In this document: piece after piece, positions 1-12,029 of the stretch
Layout: each line of letters starts with the position of its first letter
Position numbering within the stretch: position 1 is the stretch's first letter
Source: Octopus vulgaris
Taxonomy: Eukaryota
Assembly: GCA_951406725.2 (NCBI GenBank)
Contig: OX597825.1
Location: 70,184,001 to 70,248,000 of the forward strand
Direction: 5' to 3'
Length of the DNA: 64,000 nt
Notes under the pieces: model-generated
The model's database searches: none
Told to the model about the DNA's origin: nothing
Seen by the model: only the letters and a program-made list of their open reading frames with translations
Translations under genes and position numbers: made by a program

Positions 1-480
1 ACTATTCTTACTATGAAAGCTCTCCACTCCCTGTGGGGCATTGGCCATCGAGGAATTTTCTTCATTGTCCTTGATTTTCCACTGCCCTTTCTGCTTCTTT
101 TTAGTTGGATCCCTTATTCAGATCTGCCTCAATATTTTGTTTCCAGCTATTTTACCGCGTCCTCTCTTCCACTTCCATAGTATTTTCCTGGCCAGAGCCT
201 GACGTGAATGCAGGGGGTTGGTGTCCTTTCGGATTTTGCTGTACAGCGTCATATATTTCTCTGAATAAAGGACCTTCCCCTCTCAAGTCCTGTTCGTTTT
301 TAATTGTCATCGATGCTTCTAGATAGAGGTGGTGGCGTTACAGAAATCCATTTTTACCCTTAAACTGGCCCTTATCCTTTGACCTTTCCACAAATGAGGC
401 TCTCGTAGACGCTTGCACTCCGCTAGCATAGCCCTCAGAGGTATTGAGGTACACAAGGTACCGCACTGCAACAAAGACTA
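1..480 (-). mobile_element. RTE-clade LINE remnant: 5'-UTR-like segment (~340-480) joined to a decayed ORF2 3' end (~30-260)
   Basis: Minus strand 480-340 reads ctttgttgcagtgcggtaccttgtgtacctcaatacctctgagggctatgctagcgg...ggaaaggtcaaagg, resembling the RTE/BovB-type 5' UTR. Downstream frames give NSWKQNIEADL..KEAERAVENQGQ*RKFLDGQCPTG, typical of RTE C-termini. Confidence 0.55.
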
Positions 481-1074
481 GACTTTATGGCGATAATCCC
501 TTTTAATAAAGGAATATTCAAAAAAAGATCCTTGCCTATAGTCCCTTTCTTTTTTGGCTAAACAAGCTTTTACCGATATTTTAAACCAGTCTGGGATTGA
601 CTACAAATGCTGTGAGATGACTTTCAACTATCTCTTCCATATGCATGTCGTAAAATTTTACACTTCAGCTGAAAGACACAGGAAACCCTATTACATCTGC
701 TGTACACGAACTCAGGAAGGAAATTAATATAAAATGATGGTGGGAAAGAAAAATGCGTCAAGGCACACTTAAAGAGGGAAAAATGAATAAAAGCACTTAT
801 AATATATTAAATAAATAAATAACATATTAGATAACATATTATAGCATATTAGATAAATAAATAGAGATAAGCTCAAGGACATCTACACGAATATTCTAAA
901 ATTAATGAACTAGACAAAGTACAACACATACAAGTGAAAGTTAAGGCTAGGAAAACATATACGTTTCAGATTAACACTTACAAAAGAAATTCAACTAAAT
1001 GCTCTAAATTAAAATGAAACCGATCAGAGCTGTGTCCGTAGATTTCGTAGACGGAAACTAAAAGAAGCCCTTCG

Positions 1075-1134
1075 TATGTATGTATGTATGTATGTATGTA
1101 TGTATGTATGTATGTATGTATGTATGTATGTATG

Positions 1135-1168
<34 letters not shown>

Positions 1169-1206
1169 TGTATGTATGTATGTATGTATGTATGTATGTA
1201 TGTATG
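1075..1206. repeat. (TATG)n microsatellite, one example of dozens of (TA)n, (CA)n, (TATG)n, (TAA)n, (TAG)n and (GATA)n tracts in the window
   Basis: Directly visible tandem repeat. Confidence 0.99.
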
Positions 1207-1219
1207 AATATATATATTC

Positions 1220-1399
1220 TTACACCTGCGTTAACTCCATTTTTTTATTCATATTATTCAAAATATTCAACGTAAACACGAAGTTTCTACCTTTATAAAC
1301 AAGGAGTTACAACACCTTTACTTGTGAGATTTTTGCTGCCCTGGTAACTATTTTTTTTTTTTTTCCATGTTAATTGTTAACAAGGTAAAAATACACTCA

Positions 1400-1455
<56 letters not shown>

Positions 1456-1654
1456 GGAGTAAACACATAAATGTGAAACAAGGTGCAAAAAAGAGTACTC
1501 AAATACCAGTGGTAGAGTAATATGCTTTATTTAAAGCAGCAGAAAATTCAACAAAACCTTTTACTCTGAGTAACAGGTTTTGTTGAATTTTCTGCTGCTT
1601 TAAATAAAGTATATATATATATATATATATGAATATGTATTATATATATATATG

Positions 1655-1731
<77 letters not shown>

Positions 1732-1772
1732 AATGTATTTGTATGTATATATGTATGTATGTATATGTATAA

Positions 1773-1811
<39 letters not shown>

Positions 1812-2171
1812 AATTATTGATGGTAATGTTTGATGTTCCGAGAAATGACAGCTGGGATAAACTGTTAAAAACATTCTGGTAATAACTTTATTCCTTACCA
1901 TTCTCAGGACAAATTTTTAGGCCACATTTTCCCTCGTTCCAAAACCTTTAGTGATATCTTCGAAACATGTGTCGGAAGTAAAAGTATTTGAATTACACCT
2001 GCGTTAAACTCCATTTATTTATTTATATATCATACAAAAAATTCCATGTAAACCCGAAGTTTCTACCTTTAAAAACAAGGAGTTACAACCTCTTTACTTG
2101 TGTGATTTTTGCTACCCTGGTAACTATTTATCTATTTTTTCCGTGTTAATTGTTAACAAGGATAAAATACA

Positions 2172-2176
<5 letters not shown>
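1220..2176 (+). repeat. Two diverged copies (~1220-1400, ~1992-2176) of an ~180-bp element end, each followed by (TA)n
   Basis: Both read ttacacctgcgttaa...gaagtttctaccttta..aaacaaggagttacaac...ccctggtaactattt...gttaattgttaacaagg..aaaatacactcat then (TA)n. Confidence 0.85.
1453..1614. mobile_element. (TA)n-embedded fold-back element with a ~47-bp hairpin; same family as 39445-39646
   Basis: Inverted repeat 1520-1614 centred on ctc-t-gag; the left part matches 39445-39520 (cacataaa.gtgaaaca.ggtg...agtactcaaatacca). Confidence 0.8.
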
Positions 2177-2209
<33 letters not shown>

Positions 2210-2541
2210 TGTATGTGTATACATGTTTTGCAATCATAACATGCTAGCAAGTATATTAAAGGTTTATAAGGCAATACTCTAGCCTACTTTGTGTCAGCAC
2301 TGCATTGTCTTTATTTTTTTAAGTTTATCTCTACAAACTTCCTATGGAATTAGAGCCAGCACTAAGATAGAAATATAGCTAATGGGTGTATATGCATATT
2401 TCAGGAATCATTGATCTTTCTTCAGTATCAAATCCAATTAACCAGCCACAACCATATTGCTTATGATATAACACAACTGGATATACCAATTTTACAATGT
2501 TTAGACACATTCCTGGAGATACACTTATTATTATTATTATA

Positions 2542-2573
<32 letters not shown>

Positions 2574-2580
2574 CATTATT

Positions 2581-2983
2581 AAGGCGGCGAGCTGGCAGAA
2601 ACGTTAGCACGCCGAGCGAAATGCTTAGCGATATTTAGTCTGCTGTTACGTTGTGAGTTCAAATTCCGCCGAGGTCGACTTTGCCTTTCATCCTTTCGGA
2701 GTCGATAACTTAAGTACCAGTTACGCACTGGAGTCGATGTAGTTGACTTAATACCTATGTCTGTCCATGTTTGTCCCCTCTATGTTTAATAAAGAAATAG
2801 GTATTTCGTCTGTCTTTACGTTCTGAGTTCAAATTCAGCCGAGGTCGACTTTGCCTTTTATCCTTTCGGGTTCGATTAAAGAAATACCAGTTACGCACAG
2901 GGGTCGATGTAATCGACTTAATCCGTTTGTCTGTCCTTGTTTGTGTCCTTTATGTTTAGCCTCCCGTGGGCAATAAAGAAATA
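2581..2983 (+). mobile_element. SINE family A (tRNA-derived, Meta/MESC-like central domain), head-to-tail dimer
   Basis: aaggcggcgagctggcagaaacgttagc head, B-box-like gagttcaaattcc, core gactttgcctttcatcctttcggggtcgat..agtaccag; second unit restarts at ~2800. Confidence 0.9.
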
Positions 2984-3019
2984 ATAGTAATAATAATGAT
3001 AATAATAATAATAATAATA

Positions 3020-3105
<86 letters not shown>

Positions 3106-3599
3106 TGTATACACTCATGTAAATGTCGAATTTTTCAGATCATTTTCTAAGGTCATATTTATGGGGTCGACTATTACATGGATACTACTTTTGAGGGGAG
3201 GGGCTGAAATTCAAGCTACAATCTGAAGTACCATATCAGCAGCAGAAGCCCAACTGATCTCTAAGCGATTAAAAACAAAAGCACAATGAATTACAGCAAT
3301 ATTACCAATTCTGTGCTTCAAAACATACGCCCTAGTAAATAACAAAACCCATAAGCAAAACTGTGTAGCCCTTATGAATATTTGCGCTTTCTCTTTTATT
3401 TGTATCCATCGAACTTAACAGACTACCAGAGTGAAATCAACTTATATCTCTTAATTATGTTATATTGCCACCGGTAACATATCTACCCCGTACCGACATG
3501 CCACTACCTAGCGTAATACGGTGCATACAGCTGATAGCTACTCGGCGTGTTTCCCATCATAGCTCTTCAATAACGTTACACTATTTTCATATTCATAGA

Positions 3600-4025
3600 G
3601 GCGCAGGAGTGGCTGTGTGGTAAGTAGCTTGCTTACCAACCTCATGGTTCCGGGTTCAGTCCACTGCGTGGCACCTTGGGCAAGTGTCTTCTACTATAGC
3701 CCCGGGCCGACCAAAGCCTTGTGAGTAGATTTGGTAGACAGAAACTGAAAGAAGCCCGTCGTATATATGTATATATATATATATATATACATATGTATGT
3801 ATGTATGTATGTGTGTATATGTTTGTGTGTCTGTGTTTGTTCCCCCAACATCGCTTGACAATCGATGGTGGTGTGTTTACGTCCCTGTAACTTAGCGGTT
3901 CGGCAAAAAGAGACCGATAGGATAAGTACTAGGCTTACAAAGAATAAGTCCTGGGGTCGATTTGCTCGACTAAAGGCAGTGCTCCAGCACGGCCGCAGTC
4001 AAATGACTGAAACAAGTAAAAGAGA
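3600..4025 (+). mobile_element. SINE family B (tRNA-derived, CORE-like, internal TA/TG microsatellite), full length
   Basis: ggcgcaggagtggctgtgtggtaag A-box, ggttcagtccc B-box, CORE-like accttgggcaagtg, tail gactgaaacaagtaaaagag; many other copies in the window. Confidence 0.9.
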
Positions 4026-4667
4026 AATTGTGGCGACTAGCTAGGTTTTCCTCTGTTAGCACATTTTCCTTTTGGCATCGTCTGCAGTTTGTTTGATATC
4101 TTTCTCCAGTCTCTCACAAGTTTCTCTGAAACACAAAATTCTCTTGCTGCTACACAGTTACTTGTCACCTTAGCAACTTCAATTACTTTTAGTTTAAACG
4201 CTGCTATATAATTGTAGGCTTTTTTTTCTGGGGGAAATTTTTACGTAAAATGACGGAGAAATTTTAAACCCTCAACTATACGACTGTATTCCACGTGTGC
4301 TATATGGAAACTGAAGTCAGCTGAGCTGCAAAGAGACATTATAACCTGACTCTGATATGATTTTTAAAAATCCCGACTCTGACCTAATATATTTAAATTT
4401 TCACGCCAAATTCCTTCATTGCCCTCTGTTTTCTCTCGTACTTTTTTAATGTTTAAATTGCCATAACATTTTAAGCTATTTTCCACTGATAAAAGTTATC
4501 TATTTGACTCCCATATAGTCCCATAGATCATTGTACCTGGGAGGAATCGTCAAAAGCTGCGTATCAAATCGAATCCTGCATTAAAGCAGAAGGAATATCG
4601 GTACAAATTATGTTATGCTATGAAACAAGCGCTGTTATAAAAGATAGATCAGTATGAAACTTACAGT

Positions 4668-4961
4668 TTCTTACACATGGCCTAGTGGTTAGAGCAGCGG
4701 TCGAGGGATTGCGGGTTCGAATCTCAGACCGGGCGATTTGTGTGTTTGTGAGCGGAACACCTAACCTCCACGCGGCTCCGACAGAGGGTAGTGGCGAACT
4801 TCTGCTGACTCTTTCGCCACAACTTTCTCTCACTCTTTCCTTCTGCATCTTGCAGCTCACCTACGACGGACTGGCGTCCCGTCTAGGTAGGGTACCTGTA
4901 CGCCAAGGAAACCGGGAAACCGGCCCTTATGAGCCAGGCATTGCTCGAGGAGGAATAAACA
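4668..4961 (+). mobile_element. SINE family C (tRNA-like head), tail type 1, with 14-bp target-site duplication
   Basis: atggcctagtggttagagcagcg...ggttcgaatctc head; TSD atgaaacttacagt at 4654-4667 and 4962-4975. Confidence 0.85.
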
Positions 4962-5203
4962 ATGAAACTTACAGTAATAATATAATGTTAATGCATTTCG
5001 GCCCAGGTGCTATCGTATTCACGCTCACGATCATTTGACATTTCGTGGAATGCATTCGCCACTCGATGCTTATAAGGTAAGCAGTATGTCGTGTTCTGTG
5101 TATATGTTGTCCCCCCCAAAAAATGAAAACAAAGTTGCAGAATGTCATGTGCGGTTACCAGTAACTCTTCACCATAATATGGTGAAGAGTTGTTAATCTG
5201 GAG

Positions 5204-5322
5204 CAGGGATTCCTAAAGTGTGTTCTGCAAAACCCCAGGGTACCCTGGAAGTTATCAATGTTTCCACATTTTTAAAAATAATGTCTAAGTATTCCGCAGT
5301 AAAAAAAGTTTGGGAACCACTG
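5204..5322. mobile_element. hAT-Charlie-type MITE
   Basis: Ends cagggattcctaaag / gtttgggaaccactg (CAGTGGTTCCCAAAC-type TIR); degenerate 8-bp TSD atctggag/atctaccg. Confidence 0.7.
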
Positions 5323-5672
5323 ATCTACCGATTAACTAAATGTTATTAGGCTTACCAAATTCATTACACTGTACGAATTCATAGTGGTATTTGCTGTTGT
5401 TCGCCGATATTGCTGTCTGTGAAACACACTTCTTACCATGTAAACAGACGAGTGTATGACGCATATGTTTATTGTATTTGGAGATGAGGAAAATATAAGG
5501 TCGCATGGGAACCATAGGATCTAGCGATTAATTGAATGTTTTTTAGGCTTACCAAAGTCATGCCTTTGTACGGATTCAGACAGTGGCGTTTGCCTGTGTT
5601 CGCCAATAGCGCTGTCTGTGAAACACGTTTCTCGCAATGTAAACAACGAGTGTATGACGCATGTGTTTATTG
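5323..5672. repeat. Diverged tandem duplication, ~196-bp period
   Basis: 5323-5475 and 5519-5672 share taggcttaccaaa, gctgtctgtgaaacac, acgagtgtatgacgcat.tgtttattg. Confidence 0.8.
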
Positions 5673-6148
5673 ACCTTGAAGATGTATGCATATCCTGTAC
5701 ATACATTTTAGTAATGGTGGTGTAGCACCCATCAACAGATATGTAGTGCTTACTATTAAATGGTGTTTTACAATAAGCACCTAGAATTCCATTATAATCA
5801 CCAAGCATTCCACCTATAGAGCAGGCTACAATAAGGTAGCCACACAATTTTGTAACAGTGTTATTTGTACGTACAGGATGATACGGTAACTTGACCCATA
5901 ATTGTTGTCGTGAAACTTTTATACAGAATCTATGGAAAATTTCCAATTTTTTGACCAAAAACAAGGAGTCGACTTTTACATGAAATCGACTATTACCCGA
6001 GTATATGCAATATTATTATTATTGTCATTATCCGCTTCTTTCAATTTTCTTTCCATTTCTTGCTGGGTGTTTTCCCGAGACCTAGGACAAAGAAACTCAC
6101 TCTATACATCGGTCACCATTAAAATAAAGGCACCAGATTGTTCAACTA

Positions 6149-6182
<34 letters not shown>

Positions 6183-6185
6183 TTT

Positions 6186-6600
6186 AGGTGGCAAGCTGGC
6201 AGAATCGTTAGCACGATGGTCGAAATGCTTAGCGGCATTTCGTCTGTCTTTTCGTTCTGAGTTCAAATTCCGCCGAGGTCGTCTTTGCCTTTCATCCTTT
6301 CGCGGTGAATAAAAATAAGTCCATTTGAGCCCTGGGGATCGATGTAATAGACTTAACCCCTTTCTCTAAAATGCTGGTCTGTGCCAAAATTTGAAGCAAT
6401 ATAAGGCAGTTAGCAGAACCGTGAGCGTGTCGGACAAAATGCTTAACAGCATTTCTTTCGGCTCTTTACGTCCTGGGTTCAAATTCCATTTCATCCTTTC
6501 GGGGTCGATAAAATAAGTTTCATTTGAGCACTGGTGTCAATATAATAGACTTCTCAATCCCCTCAAAATTGCTGGCCTTGTACCAAAACTTGAAAACGAT
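6186..6600 (+). mobile_element. Two adjacent SINE family A copies
   Basis: Family A head and core twice (6186-6400, 6403-6600). Confidence 0.8.
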
Positions 6601-7478
6601 ATTTGAAACGTTTTGGACGAAGACGTAGCTATATTATTATGAAGTTCGCTTCGCATCTGCGTAACTTCAAGATAAATCCTGCTGCGTAGAACTTTGGACA
6701 AGTGATTTCCACCTAGATTCACATCATCAAAATCTTTGCGAATAAAATTTTGGTAATCGGGAATCGTGCAGACGAAAATAAACGTTTCCATTTATCTCAT
6801 GGGTTGTACCCTTAATCCGTTTGCCCGGTTTAACACAACCATCTAGCCCTTGGTTCATTTTAGTACAATCCACTCTGTTGGAATGCAAACATTTGAACCC
6901 ATTATTCATCCTTTCTGCTTATCAACTGCAGAGGCCTCTTTCTTGACAAGATCATTAAAAGGAAAATAGTATTTATAATAACAATGAAAGACATTTTATA
7001 AATTATGAAGTAATTTATTCAAAAATTATTTACACTAAAGCCTCTAAAAACCTCAGCAGAACATATTTATACATATATATATGTATATGCATGTATGTGT
7101 TTATGTATTTGTTTACGGGAAACGTTTTAAATATGCAAATAAAGCTCAAACTCCATTATGCCGGCCACAGTTGCATTGAGCTGTACCGATATAATATAGA
7201 ATAAATACAATAGTAGTAACAATAATCCGTGGATGGAATTCACAAAAATTTAATGCATCACTACGCGCGTTTCCACAAGTTACATGACTCTTAAGATCAC
7301 AGTCCGTATTCCTGGGGTGATTACAGTAGATTCCGTTGTATCTGTGACATGTGTCCATTCAAAGTTTATTGTTATTATATATATATATAATATTATGCTA
7401 AAACATTAAATTACTATCATTCTCATTATTACAATTATTATTGTTGTTGTTGTTGTTGTTGTAGTCGTTGTTGTTGTT

Positions 7479-7692
7479 AAGGCGGCAAGCTGGCAGAATC
7501 ACTAGCGCGTCGAGCGAAATGCTTAGCGGCATTTCGTCCGTCTTTACGTTCTGAGTCCAAATTCCGCAGAGGTCGACTTTGCCTTTCATCTTTTCGGGGT
7601 CGATAAAACAAGTACCAGTTGAGTACTAGGGTCTATGCAAGCTGCTTACCCCCTCCTCGAATTTGCTGGCCTTGTACCAAAGTTTGAAATCA
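7479..7692 (+). mobile_element. SINE family A
   Basis: aaggcggcaagctggcagaa...gactttgcctttcatc...ggccttgtaccaaagtttgaaatc. Confidence 0.85.
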
Positions 7693-7753
7693 TTATTGTT
7701 ACTGTTGTTGTTGTTGTTATTGTTGTTGTGGTTGTTGTTGTTGTTGTTGTTGT

Positions 7754-7788
<35 letters not shown>

Positions 7789-8289
7789 GTATTGTTTTTC
7801 ATGATTGTGTTCTTATGCTTGTTTTTCTTTTCTTATGCTTGTTTTTCTTTTCTTTTATGCTTGTTTTTCTTTTATACGTAATTTATCATTAAGTGCCCTC
7901 ATTTTTCGCCCTTGCGTTCAAAAATTAGGAAAGACATATTTCTCTGTTTCTTGCCTTGTCCCCCCTCATGCATGCCCCAGTGGTTAATAAAAGAAACTAT
8001 TATCATTATTGTTCTTGATGTTGTTGTCGTTGTTGTTATTGATTATTGCCCGTTGTCATTGTTCTTCTTGTTGTGGTTCTTGTTACTGCCACAGTTTTGC
8101 TTCAACGGAGAGTGCTTCTTTGAATTTCGCTTTGCGGTACTCGGCGGACATTAACATCTGTGAAATTAGTCCAGAGAGAAAAAGGAACGGTGCGTTTCAT
8201 TTCATGCTTCCTTTCATGTTTTTGTAAGGATACGAAGAAGTGTCCTTTGGAGTAATAGCATTAACACACACATACGCGCACGCACAATC

Positions 8290-8590
8290 ACTGATCAATG
8301 TAAGGGATTTTTGGAGGAATATTCCCATCAACACTTCTAGCAAGTTCAAGCATAACTGGCCAGATATAGTTATTTGGCATAAAAAAAAGAATGAAGTCAT
8401 GTACATTCATAGAGGTCAGCTGCCCTCCAGATGTGACGTTCTCTTCCAAAATTAATAAGAAGGAGAATATACACACATACACACACACACATATTCATGC
8501 ATGTATATATATATATATATATATATATATGTTTATATATATATGTCCTTGTTTGTCCTCTCTGTGTTTAGCCCCTTGTGGGTAGTAAAG

Positions 8591-8632
<42 letters not shown>

Positions 8633-8750
8633 TATTTATTTATTTATATATATATAAACAACTGCTTCAAAATCTAGAGCTCTACTCTGATAATAAATTG
8701 ACATTTACTCCAATAATTGTTGGAACACTTGGTTATGTTAGTAAATGTCG
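8290..8750 (+). mobile_element. Remnant of a restriction-like-endonuclease non-LTR retrotransposon (R4/NeSL group), split by a (TA)n insert
   Basis: FWRNIPINTSSKFKHNWPDIVIWHKKK / IEVSCPPDV (PD..D/ExK REL motif, frameshifted); after the microsatellite, LYSDNKLTFTPIIVGTLGYVSKC. Confidence 0.75.
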
Positions 8751-8779
8751 AAGCTAGGAATAATTTCCTTTTTCTGATG

Positions 8780-9305
8780 ACTTGGCAATTACCCTATTTC
8801 CCGTTTCAGGGCAAGTTTATGTTTCGATATAAACCAAAAGTACCTTCAACTCTGGTCTGGTTGTTTAGCATCTACTATGGAGCTTGAAGGTAACTCTGTA
8901 ATGACGTCGGTACCCTTATATCAGGATTTCCTTGGCCTTTTAGTGGTTCTATACGGCAGAGTTAATGCAAAGGGTTGGTCATGTCTACCCAATTAAACAA
9001 ACATTGTTCCCTGGTCGTAACGCAATCTTTTAGGACAATAAAGCGCCCAAAGCCGATACGAAGGGCACAGAAGTAAAGTTATCTATCTGGATTGACCTCC
9101 ATAATCAACAGATCTCAATATAATCGAAGATTTGTGGCGCATTTTAGAGCATTAAGCATGGAACTTCACTGTGCCAAAACCGATGAAAGAGCTAAAGCAC
9201 GTTTTAGTCGGTGAATGGTTCAAAATTCCCTTAACAACGGTTCAGAACCTGTAGAAATCATATTAAAACTGTGATGGATACTAAAGATGCACCAACTCCG
9301 TATTA
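8780..9305 (+). mobile_element. Tc1-like transposase remnant
   Basis: Decayed frames: LVVLYGRVNAKG..KQTLFPGRNAIF*DNKAP..YLD*PP*STDLNIIEDLW (WPPQSPDLNxIE motif) ending APTPY*. Confidence 0.75.
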
Positions 9306-10001
9306 AACTATAAAGCTTCCTTTAACGTTCCGTTTTTCTTTTATCTGGGCTAATTTAACAGATGTTCTTGTCCGCTGAGTATTGCAAATCGAAATTGCAA
9401 TGGTATGTCCATATGTGTGCGTGTGAGAGGGGAAGAGAGAGAGAGAGTGTGTGTGTGTGTGTGTGTGTATCAATTATTTTATGAATGTTCGCGTATCGAG
9501 CCAAGATATATACTCATAGATATACATACATACAATATATACAGACATGTAAATATGCATAATGTATAGCATATATATGATTATTATATATTATATATTC
9601 GTATAGATACACACACACACATGTCTGTATATATATATGTGTGTTTGTGTCTGTGCCTGCATATGTGTGTATTATGTGTATTTATGTCTGCAAGTTGCAT
9701 GTATGTATGCATGTATGTATGTATGTATTATGTATGTAGGTATTTATGTATGTAGGTATACATGCATGCATGTATTCAGACATGTATGTAAATTAAGAAC
9801 CAGATTTCTCATTTCGTGTTTCACCGTCGGCTTTAAAGACAGACCCTCTAAGATTTAAGGAGTAAAATTCACGTAATATCCATCTATTGATATTTTCGTT
9901 CCTCCTTCAACATCTTCTTCATATCACATTCTTTAACCGGTAACAGCATTATTTTGATTCTAGAAAATTTTCCTCGAAATTCTTTCATATCATCGATTCT
10001 T

Positions 10002-10160
10002 TTACTCATCCCTATGAGTTTCCAACCAGGAATCTAGAAGTTGGTAAGTTAGTGTTTGTTTAGATGGTACTTTGTAACCGTCTTCGTGTTTGCCTTTAAT
10101 CATGAGTTCAGCTTCGGAGAAATGGAACCAAGTGGCATCTTTTAGTTCTTCTTCGTTAAC
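10002..10160 (-). CDS. NUDT12: NUDT12-like NAD(H) pyrophosphatase, last coding exon (VNEEELKDATWF...SWLETHRDE*)
   Basis: Acceptor ttttttgcag; 159 nt, phase 0; aligns with the NUDT12 C-terminus (VDKNEIEDARWF..VP..AHQLIKHW). Confidence 0.88.
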   Translation of the reverse strand, partial: VNEEELKDATWFHFSEAELMIKGKHEDGYKVPSKQTLTYQLLDSWLETHRDE

Positions 10161-10236
10161 CTGCAAAAAAGGAAGCAAAGAAAATAGTAAAAAAAATAAC
10201 ATTTGTTTTAAAAGAATGAGGTACCAGAAACTATTG

Positions 10237-10293
<57 letters not shown>

Positions 10294-10294
<1 letters not shown>

Positions 10295-10685
10295 ACCGGG
10301 CAAAATGCTTAACAGTATTTCGCTCGTCTTTACGCTCTGAGTTCAAATTCCGCCGAGGTCGACTTTGCCTTTCATCCTTTCGGGGTCGATTAAATAAGTA
10401 CCAGTTATGCAATGGGGTCGATGTAATCAACTTAATCCGTTTGTCTGTCCTTGTTTGTCCTCCCTGTGTTTAGCCCCTTGTGGGTAGTAAAGAAATAGGT
10501 ATTTCGTCTGCCGATACGTTTTCAGTTCAAAATTCCGCCGAGGTCGACTTTGCCTTTCATCCTTTCGGGGTCGATTAAATAACTACCAGTTACGCACTGG
10601 GGTCGATATAATCGACTTACTCCGTTTGTCTGTTCTTGTTTGTCCTCTCTGTGTTTAGCCCCTTGTGGGTAGTAAAGAAATAGGT
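10294..10685 (+). mobile_element. SINE family A dimer in the last NUDT12-like intron
   Basis: Two units with junction aaagaaata|ggtatttcgtc at ~10497. Confidence 0.9.
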
Positions 10686-10808
10686 TACTTTGTTATTGGC
10701 CTCTGTGTTTAGCCCCTTGTGGGTAGTAAAGAAATAGGTTGCTTTGTTATTGGCCTCTGTGTTTAGCCCCTTGTGAGTAGTAAAGAAATAGGTTGCTTTG
10801 TTATTGGC
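10647..10808. repeat. 54-bp unit x3 tandem repeat spanning the SINE A tail and flank
   Basis: ctctgtgtttagccccttgtgggtagtaaagaaataggttrctttgttattggc three times. Confidence 0.95.
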
Positions 10809-11111
10809 GGATTGGCAAAATTCGAGTATCGAACAAAATGACTAGAGGTATCTCTCGCGACTCTTGACTGGTAGTGCGAGGCAGAAGAGAAACGAGTATT
10901 TGTTTTCAGGTACGAGCATAGGGTTTACTATAAAAGCAAATTACTTAGCGGAAGAAATGTATGCTTTGTATCTTGGAGTTGGAAACATAAAACATAAGAG
11001 CAGAGGTATGTCCAACATAATTTAAATTAGGTGGAAAACGCCCAGTACAAGAGTATACCATAATAATTTACAAGTGCCCTGCAATTCTTATTCAGGTTAA
11101 GAGAACTTGTC

Positions 11112-11173
<62 letters not shown>

Positions 11174-11473
11174 ACTGTTGTTGTTGTTGTTGTTGTTGTT
11201 AACACTGAGCACATACCTAGCTGTGACAAATGTTAAAGTTTTAATGTAATAAAGAGTCGTGGGAATGAAAACAGCCTGTGTGTGAATGCATTTTCTCTTA
11301 CTTCTCTTTTTTCTGTGCTGATACCATAGGAAGGAAAACGTGATGAGAGAAGTCAACAGCCTCGATGCGTGGGATAAAGTACATATGAACAAGAAAGCAT
11401 GTCGCCCGTAAAAAGTGGTGCATATATATATGTAAACAGACAGAGAGAGACTAGTAGACAGACACACAGTCAC

Positions 11474-11629
<156 letters not shown>

Positions 11630-12029
11630 ACTGATTGACATGTTTGTCTATATATATAAACGTGACTGTGCATGTATATGCATATATGAGTACATGTGTG
11701 TTTTTATTTACGTGTGTGTGTGTTTGTGTGTGTGTGCGCCTATTACAGATGCTATGTACCGTCACAAATGTAAAGATTACGGAAGCGACGGTATTTCATT
11801 GTCATTGCCGCAAACGTGCAGGAAACTCCGACTTCCGCAATGAAAGATCCTCCGTGTAATTCGAGATTTTCAGTTCTGACTAATGCTGGACTTTTAACTA
11901 CGATGAGGGAGAGCCTTGCTCAACGGTCAATTCTTCTGTCTTTTTGTTCATGATCTCTTGGACTAGTGGCAAGCCACTTTCGCTTCTGCGATCACCCGTA
12001 TCCTTGGGTCCTCCGATCTTTTATATTTT

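Larger units (their letters stand above)
3105..6010 (-). mobile_element. pogo/Tc2-type DNA transposon remnant with nested insertions
   Basis: Degenerate TIRs (ctgtatacactcatgtaaatgtcga vs rc ttgcatatactcgggtaatagtcga, 18/25) flanked by TA. Minus 4220-4040 encodes AYNYIAAFKLKVIEVAKVTSNCVAAREFCVSEKLVRDWRK..LQTMPKGKCANRG, a Brinker-type DNA-binding domain of POGK/Tc2-like transposases. Confidence 0.7.

Noticed and set aside
7146-7358. Cys-rich 70-aa minus ORF
   Set aside because: No signal peptide, recognisable domain or clear splice support.
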